Assembly (NCBI GenBank): GCA_965223905.1
Contig: CBDCXV010000001.1
Location: forward strand, 128,001 to 192,000
Direction: 5' to 3'
DNA length: 64,000 nt
Source: Candidatus Latescibacterota bacterium
GTDB taxonomy: Bacteria; Latescibacterota; UBA2968; UBA8231
Position 1 is the stretch's first letter, and each line of letters starts with the position of its first letter. A program made the position numbers and the translations under genes. Below, piece after piece: positions 1 through 9,859 of this stretch. The notes beneath the pieces were generated by a model that saw only the letters and a program-made list of their open reading frames with translations, did not search any database and had not been told where the DNA came from.

Positions 1-68
1 CGAACCCACACGACCTGATGGTCACTGGATTTTGAATCCAGCGCGTCTACCAGTTCCGCCACTTCGGC
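1..68 (-). tRNA. tRNA-Leu (anticodon CAA), 3' end cut off by the window start
   Basis: The reverse complement reads GCCGAAGTGGCGGAACTGGTAGACGCG-CTGGA-TTCAAAA-TCCAG-TGACCATCAGGTCGT-GTGGGTTCG. This gives a D-loop GG, anticodon stem CTGGA/TCCAG with CAA, a long variable arm and T-loop GGTTCG. Confidence 0.95.
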
Positions 69-99
69 TGTTGGAGCCAGGAGATGGCTCGACCGCCCT

Positions 100-711
100 T
101 TATCCGTACAGCTCGTCTGTCCTGTCTGCCTTGGGCTTCCCGAAAATCTCGGCGTAGACGATGGCGTCCCGCGCCGTTTTTCGGGTGAGGCTCCACTTGC
201 CGCGGCGTTTTCGCTTCGAAACTTGTACCGTCTTTACCGGCTTGAGCCGCGGCGTGGCACGCTCCCGGACGCGCTCGGCAGGTTGGCGACCGCTCGCCCT
301 CTGTTCGAGCTGGCGGACCCGCTCCTGGTCGGCGCGAACCCGCTCATCCTCGGCACGGGCGCGTCCTTCCTCTTCCCGGGCGAAATCCTCGAGCCGCTGG
401 AAAATATTGGGGCGGCTCGGCGGCTCCGGCTCCTCCCGGTCGCCGACAACTTCGGCCGCCGCCGGCTCCGGGGAGCGTTCCTCCCCCAGCTCTTCCTCCG
501 CCGGCCGGGAAGACCGGCGCGGGCGCACCGGCTCGAAGGGATCTCCCCCCATGGGAAAGGGCCACGTCTCTTCCCTTTCTTCCTCCCGTTCCGCCTTCTC
601 CGGCGTGCCGGCCTTGCGCTGCTCTTCGCGCTGCCTCTTGCGCTTGCGTCGCTCGAGCAGCGCCGAGACAACGCTGAAGAGCACGAACAGCAGGAATAGT
701 AGTTGCTCCAC
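100..711 (-). CDS. Hypothetical membrane-anchored charged protein, YqfB-like position downstream of floA
   Basis: N-terminal TM helix (MEQLLFLLFVLFSVVSALL), low-complexity charged body, C-terminal ARDAIVYAEIFGKPKA motif; last gene of the nfeD-floA operon. Confidence 0.7.
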   Translation of the reverse strand: MEQLLFLLFVLFSVVSALLERRKRKRQREEQRKAGTPEKAEREEEREETWPFPMGGDPFEPVRPRRSSRPAEEELGEERSPEPAAAEVVGDREEPEPPSRPNIFQRLEDFAREEEGRARAEDERVRADQERVRQLEQRASGRQPAERVRERATPRLKPVKTVQVSKRKRRGKWSLTRKTARDAIVYAEIFGKPKADRTDELYG

Positions 712-757
712 GACTCCTACCGCTCCTCAGCGCGCCTCGAAGCCGACCGCGGACGGG

Positions 758-1735
758 CTACTCATCTTCTGCGCCGTCCGTCTCCGAAATCGAGGTCCGC
801 ATTTCGGTGTCGGACTGAATGTTGCGCATGCGGTAATAATCCATGATCCCGAGGTTGCCGCTGCGGAACGCCTCCGCCATCGCGCGCGGTACCTCGGCCT
901 CCGCTTCCTTGACCCGGGCGCTCATCTCCTCGACAAGTGCGTTCATCTCCTGCTCGCGGGCCTGCGCCATGGCGCGGCGCTCTTCCGCCTTCGCCTGGGC
1001 GATTTTGAGATCGGCGTCGGCCTGCTCGGTCTGCAGCTTGGCGCCGATGTTCTCGCCGACATCGACATCGGCGATGTCGATCGACAGAATCTCGAAGGCG
1101 GTGTTGGAATCGAGTCCCTTCCCCAGCACCGTCTTGGAGATGTTGTCCGGATTCTCGAGCACCTGCTTGTGCGTCGACGCCGATCCGACCGTGGTGACGA
1201 TCCCCTCGCCGACCCGGGCTATTATGGTCTCTTCGCCCGCGCCTCCTACCAAGCGATCGATGTTTGCGCGCACGGTGACGCGGCAGGTCGCCTTCACCTG
1301 GATACCGTCCTTGGCGATGGCGGCGATCAGCGGTGTATTGATCACCTTCGGGTTGACGCTGACCTTGACCGCTTCCAGCACGTCGCGTCCGGCCAGATCG
1401 ATCGCCGTCGCGCGTGCGAAGGCGAGCTCGATGTTGGCCTTGTCTGCCGAAATCAATGCCAGGATCACCGCCTCGACATTTCCGCCAGCCAGGTAGTGGG
1501 CTTCCATGCGGTCCAACTCTACGTCCAAGCCCGCCTTGGTGGCGCTTATTTTCGGCCTGACGATCGCTGCGGGCGGAACCTTGCGCAGCCGCATTCCCAC
1601 GAGGTCGCGGAAGATCCCCACTTTGACGCCGGAGAAGTACGCCGTGATCCACAGCCCGATCGGAACGAAATAGGTGAACAGGCTCAAAAAAATGATGATC
1701 GCGAACAGAATCGCGACATAGAACAGTGCTTCCAT
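758..1735 (-). CDS. floA: Flotillin-like protein FloA (YqfA family)
   Basis: [68 protein letters not shown]; AGGAGG RBS upstream. Confidence 0.95.
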   Translation of the reverse strand: MEALFYVAILFAIIIFLSLFTYFVPIGLWITAYFSGVKVGIFRDLVGMRLRKVPPAAIVRPKISATKAGLDVELDRMEAHYLAGGNVEAVILALISADKANIELAFARATAIDLAGRDVLEAVKVSVNPKVINTPLIAAIAKDGIQVKATCRVTVRANIDRLVGGAGEETIIARVGEGIVTTVGSASTHKQVLENPDNISKTVLGKGLDSNTAFEILSIDIADVDVGENIGAKLQTEQADADLKIAQAKAEERRAMAQAREQEMNALVEEMSARVKEAEAEVPRAMAEAFRSGNLGIMDYYRMRNIQSDTEMRTSISETDGAEDE

Positions 1736-1797
1736 TACCGCCTCCTTCGTTGCACAGGTAGCCGCCGGTGCCTCGTTGGCGCCCGCGGTCAGTGCAC

Positions 1798-2313
1798 CTA
1801 TGAATCGCTCTCCGGTCGTGGCTCCTGAACCACGACCCGGTTGCCGTGCACCTGCATCACTTCCACCCGGGATCCTGGATTAATGAAATCCCCCTCGGTC
1901 ACGACGTCCACGACGCGGTCGCCGAACTGCGCCCGGCCGCTGGGCCGCAGCGGGGTAAGGGCGACCCCTTTCTGCGCCAGCAACTCGGTGAACCCGACCG
2001 GCGTCGACTCGTAGCCGGAAGCCTTGTCGGTTTCGGTTTCGAGCACCAGCCGCTGCCAGGCGCGGTTGCGGATCAGAAATACGACCAGGGAGACCGTGCC
2101 GGCCAGTCCCAGAAGCCCGACCACAACCGCCGCTTCCACCCCCAGTTTCCTGTAGGCCAGGAGGACGCCGACACAGACCGTGCCGAACCCCATGATGCCG
2201 AAGATGTTGAACCCCGGGATGACGAAGATCTCGAGCAGGATGAGCACGAACCCGAGAATCAAAAGCCCGATCGAGTAGAGCCACGGCATGAGCTCGGGAC
2301 CGAAGGCGCTCAC
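1798..2313 (-). CDS. Short NfeD-like protein (TM helices plus OB-fold)
   Basis: [13 protein letters not shown] and [29 protein letters not shown]. Start placed at GTG 2313, overlapping the upstream TGA; ATG 2289 is an alternative. Confidence 0.85.
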   Translation of the reverse strand: MSAFGPELMPWLYSIGLLILGFVLILLEIFVIPGFNIFGIMGFGTVCVGVLLAYRKLGVEAAVVVGLLGLAGTVSLVVFLIRNRAWQRLVLETETDKASGYESTPVGFTELLAQKGVALTPLRPSGRAQFGDRVVDVVTEGDFINPGSRVEVMQVHGNRVVVQEPRPESDS

Positions 2314-3782
2314 GACGGCCTCACGATAACCCGGTTGCCGCGCGCCTCCACGACCCTCACGGCTGTGTGCTCCTCGACGAACTCTCCCTCGGCAATGATA
2401 TCCAGCCGCTTGCCGCCGAACATCCCCATACCGGTTGGCCGCAGGGCGGTCAGGGTTACCCCCTCCTGCCCGACGAGACCCGAATCCCGGTCCGTAGGCG
2501 TACCGACGTACCCCTCCTTCGCGGAGGTTTCGCTGCGGAGGATGAGCCGGTTGAACAGGGCGAACCTCGGCAGCGCCCGCAACAGGATGGCGGCGCCGAC
2601 GATGGCGAGTATCATCGAAAGGGCCAGCTGTCCGATCACCGCGGAGATCTGGTCGAGGCTCCACCACTGGTAGGAGGGAAGGCGGGTCAGCAAGAGGCTG
2701 GCGACCATGCAGAGAATACCTGCCAGGCCCACGATCCCGAACCCGGGAATGAAGGCGATCTCGACGACCAGCAGGACGAGGCCGACTACGAACAGCGCAA
2801 GCTCGTCCCATTCCGCCAGATGCACCACGAGGTGACTGCCGAAGAAAAGCGCCAGGGCGATCAGCGCCATCGTGCCTCCCAGGCCCCACCCCGGGGTCCG
2901 CACCTCGGCGATCAGCCCGAAAATCGCAACCGATAGCAGTATGGAGGTGATGATGGGATTGGTCAGGAACCGCACCACCTGCTCGGCCCAGTTGATCTCC
3001 ACCTCGACGATTTCGGCATCTTCGAGGTCGTAAATCCGCAGCACGCCGTGAAGGGTTTCCGCGGTCTCGTCGGCGACCCCGTACTGCAGCGCCTCCTTGG
3101 TCGTCAGCGTCGCCGGACGGCCGACCACCTCGCTGAAACCCTCGATCTCGATGCGCTCGTCGACCATCGCTTCGGCGATCTCGGGATCCCTGCCGGTGCG
3201 CTCAGCCGTCGCCCGCATCTCGGCGCGCATCACGGAGACGTACTTGTCCCCCGCCTTTTCACCGCCACCCGAGACTGGCGTGACCGCTCCGATTTCGCCC
3301 CCCTTGACCATGACGATCTTGTCGCAGGACAGCGCGATCAGCGCGCCCGCGGAAATCGCCCTTTTGTTGATGAACGCGATGGTCAGCGGATCGGCGTCGA
3401 TGATGGCGTCCCGGATCACCGTGGCCGCGTCGACGCGGCCACCGAACGTATCGATGTCGAAAACGATGGCGTCGACGCCGGCTTCATCGGAGTCCCTGAT
3501 CGCCCGTTCGACGAAAGCGGTGATTCCGGGATCGATCATCTCCTGCTCGGTGCTGACCGTGTGCATCTCGAGCAGGTGAACGATCGGACGCTCCTTCCCG
3601 TTTTCCCCTTCCGTCTCGTTCGCAGCCGCGGTCTCGGGTACAGGCGCTTCAGCCGGCGCCTCGCTGTCGCTGGCGTCCGCCGCGGCTCCAGGGTCCGGAA
3701 AGAGGCAGAGCATCGCGGCCAGGAAGCCCGTCGAAAACCTGGTGCGGCGTTGTCTTCTTCGATGTAACTGCTTGTGTTTCAT
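2310..3782 (-). CDS. nfeD: NfeD/YqeZ membrane-bound serine protease (ClpP-like domain, TM region, OB-fold)
   Basis: IDTFGGRVDAA, AISAGALIALSCD (catalytic Ser), DKYVS, TALRPTG; start ATG 3782 lies downstream of the predicted promoter. Confidence 0.9.
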   Translation of the reverse strand: MKHKQLHRRRQRRTRFSTGFLAAMLCLFPDPGAAADASDSEAPAEAPVPETAAANETEGENGKERPIVHLLEMHTVSTEQEMIDPGITAFVERAIRDSDEAGVDAIVFDIDTFGGRVDAATVIRDAIIDADPLTIAFINKRAISAGALIALSCDKIVMVKGGEIGAVTPVSGGGEKAGDKYVSVMRAEMRATAERTGRDPEIAEAMVDERIEIEGFSEVVGRPATLTTKEALQYGVADETAETLHGVLRIYDLEDAEIVEVEINWAEQVVRFLTNPIITSILLSVAIFGLIAEVRTPGWGLGGTMALIALALFFGSHLVVHLAEWDELALFVVGLVLLVVEIAFIPGFGIVGLAGILCMVASLLLTRLPSYQWWSLDQISAVIGQLALSMILAIVGAAILLRALPRFALFNRLILRSETSAKEGYVGTPTDRDSGLVGQEGVTLTALRPTGMGMFGGKRLDIIAEGEFVEEHTAVRVVEARGNRVIVRPS

Positions 3783-3806
3783 GGCTGTTGTATCGTCAAA
3801 CCCTAG

Positions 3807-3836
3807 AGTGTACTCCGCCGCGGCGATCGATGTCAA
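3807..3836 (-). promoter_or_regulatory. Sigma70-type promoter for the nfeD-floA operon
   Basis: Minus strand TTGACA (3836-3831), 18 nt, TACACT (3812-3807). Confidence 0.6.
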
Positions 3837-3853
3837 CACGGACAGGACCTGTT

Positions 3854-3882
3854 TTGACCGGCCCCTTGAAGCCCGCTACATT
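3854..3882 (+). promoter_or_regulatory. Sigma70-type promoter for the Gfo/Idh/MocA gene (divergent)
   Basis: TTGACC (3854-3859), 17 nt, TACATT (3877-3882). Confidence 0.5.
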
Positions 3883-4018
3883 CAGCGCTCGCGGGCACCT
3901 CCGACGATCCGGAGGAACAGGAAAACCTGCCTGCCAGCCGGACACGACGCCAACCCGATCGCGAGCCAGCCAGTCGCTCAATTCTCTCACTCATTCCGGT
4001 TCTTCAAATAGTCAATAG

Positions 4019-5011
4019 ATGGATACGATCCGCTGGGGAATCATCGGCTGCGGTGACGTCACCGAGCTGAAGTCCGGACCGCCGCTCTACAAATGCGGCG
4101 GCTCGGAGTTGGTCGCCGTGATGCGCCGCAACGGAGACCTTGCAGCCGACTACGCCCGGCGCCACGGCGTTCCGCGCTGGTACGACGACGCCGACGCCCT
4201 GATAGCCGACGGCGAGGTGAACGCGGTCTACATCGCCACCCCGCCGGATTCCCACTGTGAATACACCTTGCGGGTTGCCGCCGCGGGAAAGCCGGTCTAC
4301 GTCGAAAAACCGATGGCCCTCACCCATGCCCAGTGCCGGCAGATGAACGAGGCCTGCGCCGCAGCCCGAGCACCGCTGTTCGTCGCCTACTACCGCCGCT
4401 GTCTGCCCGCCTTCGTCAAGGTCGCCGAGCTGTTGCAGGCAGGGGCCGTCGGAGAGGTTCGCTTTGCCACCATTCAGCAGTACGGTCCGCCGAGCGCGGA
4501 CGATCTCGACCTGAACCGTCAGCCCTGGCGGGTCCTGCCGGAAATCGCCGGGGACGGCTACTTCTTCGACCTCGGCTGCCACCAGCTCGACCTGCTCGAT
4601 TTCCTGGTGGGACCGGTCGCCACAGCTAGTGGAATCACCGGGAATCAGGCCGGGCACTACCCTTCCGACGACATCGTCAGCGCCTCTTTCCGGTTCGAAT
4701 CCGGTGCCTTGGGTGCAGGATTGTGGTGCTTCACCACCCATGCCGGAGCCGCCCGCGACCGCACCGAGATCGTCGGCAGCGAGGGCAGCATCTCGTACTC
4801 CGCTTTCGCCCTCGACGAACCGGTCGTCCTCACCACCGATTCCGGCCGGGAGGAGTTTCACCTGCCGCAGCCCGAACACGTGCAGCAGCCGCTGATCCAG
4901 TCGATTGTCGACGCCCTGCGCGGCGAGGGGGAGTGTCCGAGCACCGGGGAGACCGGGGCGCGCACAAACCGCGTTCTGGACCAGATCGTCGCCGCCCCGC
5001 GGCCCGGGTAA
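4019..5011 (+). CDS. Gfo/Idh/MocA family oxidoreductase
   Basis: WGIIGCG, VYIATPPDSH, VYVEKPMA, DLGCHQLD. Confidence 0.92.
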   Translation: MDTIRWGIIGCGDVTELKSGPPLYKCGGSELVAVMRRNGDLAADYARRHGVPRWYDDADALIADGEVNAVYIATPPDSHCEYTLRVAAAGKPVYVEKPMALTHAQCRQMNEACAAARAPLFVAYYRRCLPAFVKVAELLQAGAVGEVRFATIQQYGPPSADDLDLNRQPWRVLPEIAGDGYFFDLGCHQLDLLDFLVGPVATASGITGNQAGHYPSDDIVSASFRFESGALGAGLWCFTTHAGAARDRTEIVGSEGSISYSAFALDEPVVLTTDSGREEFHLPQPEHVQQPLIQSIVDALRGEGECPSTGETGARTNRVLDQIVAAPRPG

Positions 5012-5315
5012 TTGCCCGCCAAAGGGCGTTGAAACGCCGGACCGCAGGCAACCTCCATAACATGCGACTCGCCTTCATTGCCTGCCGATGGAAGCGGATG
5101 TTTTCGAGAACATCCGCTTACTATGGAGTTCTGGGGGACCCCTCTCCCGGTGCCGCTGGCAGCTGCTTCTGTTGCACCGCGCGATAGCCGTCAGCCCGGG
5201 TGAGGGGTACTGAAGTTCGCATTTCCAGGACGCACTATTTACAAAAAAAATCATGCGCGAGCCTGTGACCTTCGCCTCGTGGGGGCTTGCGAATAGTACC
5301 AGCCTGAGACGCTGA

Positions 5316-6239
5316 ATGGAGAGACGAATGTCACGAGAACCGAACCGCTACATCAATCCCGACCGGGTGATGCTTGGAGAGAATACCCGCAAGGAGGTCC
5401 GTCAGGCGCTGCAAAGCGGCCGGTTGAAAGCGGCCATCGTCCCGATCGGCGCCATCGAGCAGCACAACGAGCACCTTGCCCTCAACGTAGACATTGTCGT
5501 CTCGACGTTTCTTGCCCGGCAGGCTGCCCTGCAGCTTTATCCACAGGTCGTGGTGGCTCCGGGTTGTCCGGTCGGGTACTCCCCCTACCACATGGCGCGC
5601 GAGGGCACCCTGACCCTGCGCAAGGAAACCCTGCGAGCCTACCTGTTCGATGTCGTACAAAGCCTCAAGACGCACGGCATCGCCACCATTCTGGTAGTCA
5701 ACGGACACGGCGGCAACCACGGTCTGCTGCGGGACGTGCTGCCCGAGTGGCGCCGCCGCCTGGGCGTGGTACTGGACGAGGTCTCCTACGCTTCAGGACT
5801 GACCGACGAGGAACGCGCGGATATTCTGCAAGGATACCGGGATCTCAGGGAGGGAAGGCTGGACACCGTAGCACGCCAGACCGCCCTCAACCATGCATCG
5901 GAGGAGGAGACCTCCCTGGTGCTGGCGATTTGCCCTCAGCGCGTTCGCGCCTTCACCATGGAGGAGTACGACCAGGAAGGGCTGGACTATGCGCGCGAAC
6001 TTTCCCCTGAAGTCGAGGAATATCTGGAGCCATTCTCGAAGGAGGGCTGGCCCCGGGCGGGGCCCAACCCCGAGAACCCACGGGACCGCGCCCGGCAGGA
6101 GAACGCCTTGCTCGCCTCGGCGGAAAAGGGGGAGGTGTTGATCGCATGCTACAGCAAGTTTATCGCGGAGAAACTGCAGGGAATGATCGACGGGGCGGAA
6201 GGAGACTCGGCTGGCTTCCGGCACAGTGATGGCTCGTGA
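5316..6239 (+). CDS. Creatininase family amidohydrolase
   Basis: PIGAIEQHNEHL..D, GYSPYH, VNGHGGN, HASEEETS. Confidence 0.88.
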   Translation: MERRMSREPNRYINPDRVMLGENTRKEVRQALQSGRLKAAIVPIGAIEQHNEHLALNVDIVVSTFLARQAALQLYPQVVVAPGCPVGYSPYHMAREGTLTLRKETLRAYLFDVVQSLKTHGIATILVVNGHGGNHGLLRDVLPEWRRRLGVVLDEVSYASGLTDEERADILQGYRDLREGRLDTVARQTALNHASEEETSLVLAICPQRVRAFTMEEYDQEGLDYARELSPEVEEYLEPFSKEGWPRAGPNPENPRDRARQENALLASAEKGEVLIACYSKFIAEKLQGMIDGAEGDSAGFRHSDGS

Positions 6240-6358
6240 CCAGAATCTCCCGTCTTCCCCTTCACCCTTGCCGCCACGATTCGCAGCCCTTAGCCCTGCA
6301 CAGCGTCCCAACCAACTCTTCGGGGGTGTACGCATGCCCCAATGGCATAGGTGTCTGC

Positions 6359-8857
6359 ATGAAAACTGCGCTTTTGCTGAGAGTCGCCGTTTCAATCGCA
6401 GTTGCCTCCGGCGTCGGCGTAGCAGCGGTCGAACCGCACCCGGATTGGGTCAACGCCCTTCAGCCTCGGGGCGCCCCCGGCCCTGAACTGACGCTGGCGC
6501 GGGAGGGTGGCACCGATTACGTCATCCTGCTGCCTTCTGCGCCCACAGGACAGGACGAGAAGGCCGCACAGGAGCTGGAACGGTGGCTCGAGGAGATGAC
6601 AGGCGCTCAATTCCCCGTCGTAACCGAGGGGGACCAGAGCCGGGATCGGGGAAAGGTGATCAGCATCGGCCGTACCTCCCGGTTGGAAGCTGCCGTTCTT
6701 CCCCAGAAGGAAGCGGACCTGGGTGCGGAAGGGATCGCCATCGGCGCCGAGGGAACCGACCTGTATCTGTGGGGCGGACGTCTGCGGGGTGCGATCAATA
6801 CGGTGTTCGTCCTCCTCGAGGAGAACCTTGGGTGCCGTTGGTACAGCTCCGAACACCCACCGGTCATCCCCGAACGACCCACTCTCATCTTTCGACCCGT
6901 ACCGCGGGTACACCTGCCGCCGTTGGAGTTGCGAGATCCGTTCTACGGCGCTGCACTGGTTCCGGAGTGGAGCCTGCAGAACCGGACCAACTCGCGCAGC
7001 CTGGAGATACCGTCCGAATGGGGCGGATGGCCGAAGAGCGTACCGAAGATGGTCCATACGTCGGAGCTGTTCGTGTCATCGGAGAAGTATTTCGAGACGA
7101 ACCCCGAGTACTTCGCCATGAACGCCGAGGGCGAGCGAGAGCCCACGCAATTGTGTCTGACCAATCCGGACGTGAGGCGCATCAGCATCGAGCGGGCGCT
7201 GAAGTTTCTCGACGAGAACCCGGATGCGCGGTTCCTCGATTTCTCCGCCAATGACTGGCGAGGATACTGCCTGTGCCCGACCTGCAAGGCTCTGGACGAG
7301 GCCGAGGCGACCGACCACGGCTACGGCAGCCGCTACGGATCGCACGCCGGCACGACCATTTCAATGGTCAATGCCCTGGCCGAGGCAACCGCCGAGAAGC
7401 ATCCCCACGTCCTGGTCACGGCGCTTGCCTATCTCGGCACCCTCGAACCGCCGAGGGCGCTAAGACCACATGAGAATGTGCGCATCGTCATGACGACGAC
7501 GGCCCACTGGGGAACGATTTGCCGCTACGTAACGGAAAGCGCGATGCAAGCCGACATCATGCGGGGCTGGCATCGCGTCGGCGCCAGGCTCATCATCTGG
7601 CACTACCCGATCGTGTACGGGCCCGCTTTCGTCGGTCCCGTGCTCAACCTCAAGGTGCTCAGTGGCGACATGCGTTTCTTCATCAACAACGGCGCCAGGG
7701 GGATCATGCTGCAGGCGCTGGATACATTCACCCGCGGAGTCGACCGCGAATTTCTTCGCACCTGGGTTTTCGCCAAACAGATGTGGAACCCTCGGCTCAA
7801 CACGGACGAGCTGGTGCGCGACTTCACTTACGGCTTCTACGGGGCTGCGGCAGAGCCTGTGCTGCGATTGTGGGAACTTATGGCCAGGACCTGGGATGAC
7901 GAGCATATGGAACCGTCGCTTCAGTACGGCTCCATTCCGGAGGCCGTCTTCGAACCTCGGTTCCTCGACCCGGCCATGGCCTGTCTCGACGAGGCGGAGC
8001 AGCTGGCCAAGGACGACGCGGACTTGCGCGCGCGCGTGCGACTGGCCAGGCTGCCGATCTGGTACTGCCAGTCGAGGCGCGGGCCGGTAGACGGGCTGCC
8101 CGCCTACCGTGCCCTGCTTGACGAGATGCAACAGTTCGGAGAGCAGGAGTACGAGCGGCACAAGTACGGTCTTCCCCGCTTGGAATGGGCCTCCATGTCC
8201 AGCTTCTTCGAAGACGTAAACCACCGGCGGGCGATCGCCGAGTTCGATGCCGAAGACGGCGACTTCTTCTGCCTGGGTCCGCAGTGGGAATACCGGGCCG
8301 ATCCGCACGAGCAAGGTGCAGAGCAACGTTGGTTCGAGTCTGCGAAAGCGCCACAGAATTGGCGGACCTTGAACGACGATCAGGTCGAAGGTTTCAATCC
8401 ACAGGGGTTGAACGAGTTGACCGGCGATGTTTGGTTCCGCACCCAATTCACCGTACCCGATGGCTTCGACTCCCGGACCTACTACTGGATGCTCCTGGAT
8501 GCTTTCGACCGCGAAGACACTTGGGTCTACCTCGACGGGGAACTCGTCTTCAAACAGGTGGCTGCCGAGATGGCGCACGGGACGCCCGTGCTCTCCGGCG
8601 TGATGCAGTGGCCGGTCATGCTGGCCGCGCGAAAGCTGCTCGAGCCGGGCGGTATATATGAGATGGCGCTACGGGTGCGCTATCGCGACCGTGCGGACGG
8701 TCGCCGCCTGCAGCCGGTATCCCTGATCAGCAGCAATCTGCCGCCGATGACCCATGGGGGGAGCTTCCCCGATGCCTATCCCGGCTTCGTCCGGGAGCTG
8801 CCCCGCGTCTGGCCGGCTGCAATCGCGGAACACCGGCGCCTGCGAGGCAGGCTCTGA
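6359..8857 (+). CDS. Secreted DUF4838-like putative glycoside hydrolase with C-terminal GH2-N-like jelly-roll
   Basis: Signal peptide (MKTALLLRVAV...), LEENLGCRW, PEYFA...QLCLTNPDV, YCLCPTC, LAYLGT, GARGIMLQ; C-terminal WFRTQF...VYLDGELVF. Start chosen at ATG 6359; the ORF is open from 6236. Confidence 0.7.
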   Translation: MKTALLLRVAVSIAVASGVGVAAVEPHPDWVNALQPRGAPGPELTLAREGGTDYVILLPSAPTGQDEKAAQELERWLEEMTGAQFPVVTEGDQSRDRGKVISIGRTSRLEAAVLPQKEADLGAEGIAIGAEGTDLYLWGGRLRGAINTVFVLLEENLGCRWYSSEHPPVIPERPTLIFRPVPRVHLPPLELRDPFYGAALVPEWSLQNRTNSRSLEIPSEWGGWPKSVPKMVHTSELFVSSEKYFETNPEYFAMNAEGEREPTQLCLTNPDVRRISIERALKFLDENPDARFLDFSANDWRGYCLCPTCKALDEAEATDHGYGSRYGSHAGTTISMVNALAEATAEKHPHVLVTALAYLGTLEPPRALRPHENVRIVMTTTAHWGTICRYVTESAMQADIMRGWHRVGARLIIWHYPIVYGPAFVGPVLNLKVLSGDMRFFINNGARGIMLQALDTFTRGVDREFLRTWVFAKQMWNPRLNTDELVRDFTYGFYGAAAEPVLRLWELMARTWDDEHMEPSLQYGSIPEAVFEPRFLDPAMACLDEAEQLAKDDADLRARVRLARLPIWYCQSRRGPVDGLPAYRALLDEMQQFGEQEYERHKYGLPRLEWASMSSFFEDVNHRRAIAEFDAEDGDFFCLGPQWEYRADPHEQGAEQRWFESAKAPQNWRTLNDDQVEGFNPQGLNELTGDVWFRTQFTVPDGFDSRTYYWMLLDAFDREDTWVYLDGELVFKQVAAEMAHGTPVLSGVMQWPVMLAARKLLEPGGIYEMALRVRYRDRADGRRLQPVSLISSNLPPMTHGGSFPDAYPGFVRELPRVWPAAIAEHRRLRGRL

Positions 8858-8929
8858 GGTAAGCGGCGCATGGCGCGAGCGCGACCCCGGCGAAATCCCC
8901 TGCTCGAATCCAACCCCTGAAGGTATCCA

Positions 8930-9823
8930 ATGAAAGTGAAAAGAATCGTCTACCTGATTCATTCCATGATCTACAGCAACCTCGCCGCCAGGGATCCGCA
9001 GACCATTCACAACACGAACGCCGGGATCTATCTCGAGCGCGAGTTGCTGTGCGAACGGCGCTGGCGGGCGGCGATCGGTCAACTTGAACCCAATGCGGTT
9101 TACGCTCAGCTCGCCTCCGATGTCGGCGGGGGAGACGAGATCCTCTCCTACGCCAGGCAGCAACTCGGCGACGACCGCGTCATCGTGCCGGAGGCCGAGT
9201 GGCACGACGGGATCGACCCGGAGCACTACAAGCAGAATCTGACCGACTCGTTTCTATCGCAACTGGCCGACAAGGGTCATGACCTCGACCGGGAAACCAC
9301 TGAACTGGAACTGTGGGGTGAGTCGTTCACCGGATGTGTCTACGGGTACGGCACCGCCCTGTGTCGACAGGTCGGTCTGAATAATCCTGCATTCGTCAAC
9401 TTCGACATGACCGTGCCCGACGAGCGCCTTCTCTGCAAGGCCGAGTTGGTGACGCATTTCCTCCTTCCGGACAGCGCCACTCGAGGCTACCTCTTCGACA
9501 GTCCTTTGGGCTATCCGATCGGCCTTTTCATCGACGGCTTCAGGAGGTCTGACGCAGGGGCGACGGGCACGATCAAGCTCACCCTGGACACAAGCAAGGT
9601 GATGCTGGAAAGCCCTACAGGCATCACCCTGTACGCCCATCTCAGCGTCGACCGACCCAACCGCAGAATCCCCGTCATGCCCACGCGCGATTCCAACGAC
9701 ATCGCCGCCACGGCTGAGGGTTTGGAGATACCCCAGGGCTGCGCGCACTCCATCCTGGGTGTTCTTATGAGCCCGGCAGCCCTGCTCGCAGCCATGCAGA
9801 CGGCCACGGTCCGCGACGCGTGA
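8930..9823 (+). CDS. Hypothetical protein; weak resemblance to the cysteine-hydrolase G-x-x-x-x-x-C-V motif
   Basis: 297-aa ORF with RBS-like GAAGGT and normal codon usage; LELWGESFTGCVYG. Confidence 0.6.
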   Translation: MKVKRIVYLIHSMIYSNLAARDPQTIHNTNAGIYLERELLCERRWRAAIGQLEPNAVYAQLASDVGGGDEILSYARQQLGDDRVIVPEAEWHDGIDPEHYKQNLTDSFLSQLADKGHDLDRETTELELWGESFTGCVYGYGTALCRQVGLNNPAFVNFDMTVPDERLLCKAELVTHFLLPDSATRGYLFDSPLGYPIGLFIDGFRRSDAGATGTIKLTLDTSKVMLESPTGITLYAHLSVDRPNRRIPVMPTRDSNDIAATAEGLEIPQGCAHSILGVLMSPAALLAAMQTATVRDA

Positions 9824-9859
9824 TGATCGCTACCCCGACGACGAAGATGAGGATGGGGG

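Noticed and set aside
2314-2889. N-terminal extension of the 1798-2889 ORF
   Set aside because: It overlaps nfeD out of frame and is Arg/Gly/Pro-rich. Homology begins only after the GTG at 2313.
1798-3782. Two consecutive NfeD genes as a novelty
   Set aside because: NfeD genes beside floA/SPFH genes, in long and short forms, are a known arrangement.
5012-5315. Possible riboswitch or ncRNA upstream of the creatininase gene
   Set aside because: Only weak hairpins and an A8 run are present; I recognise no aptamer consensus.
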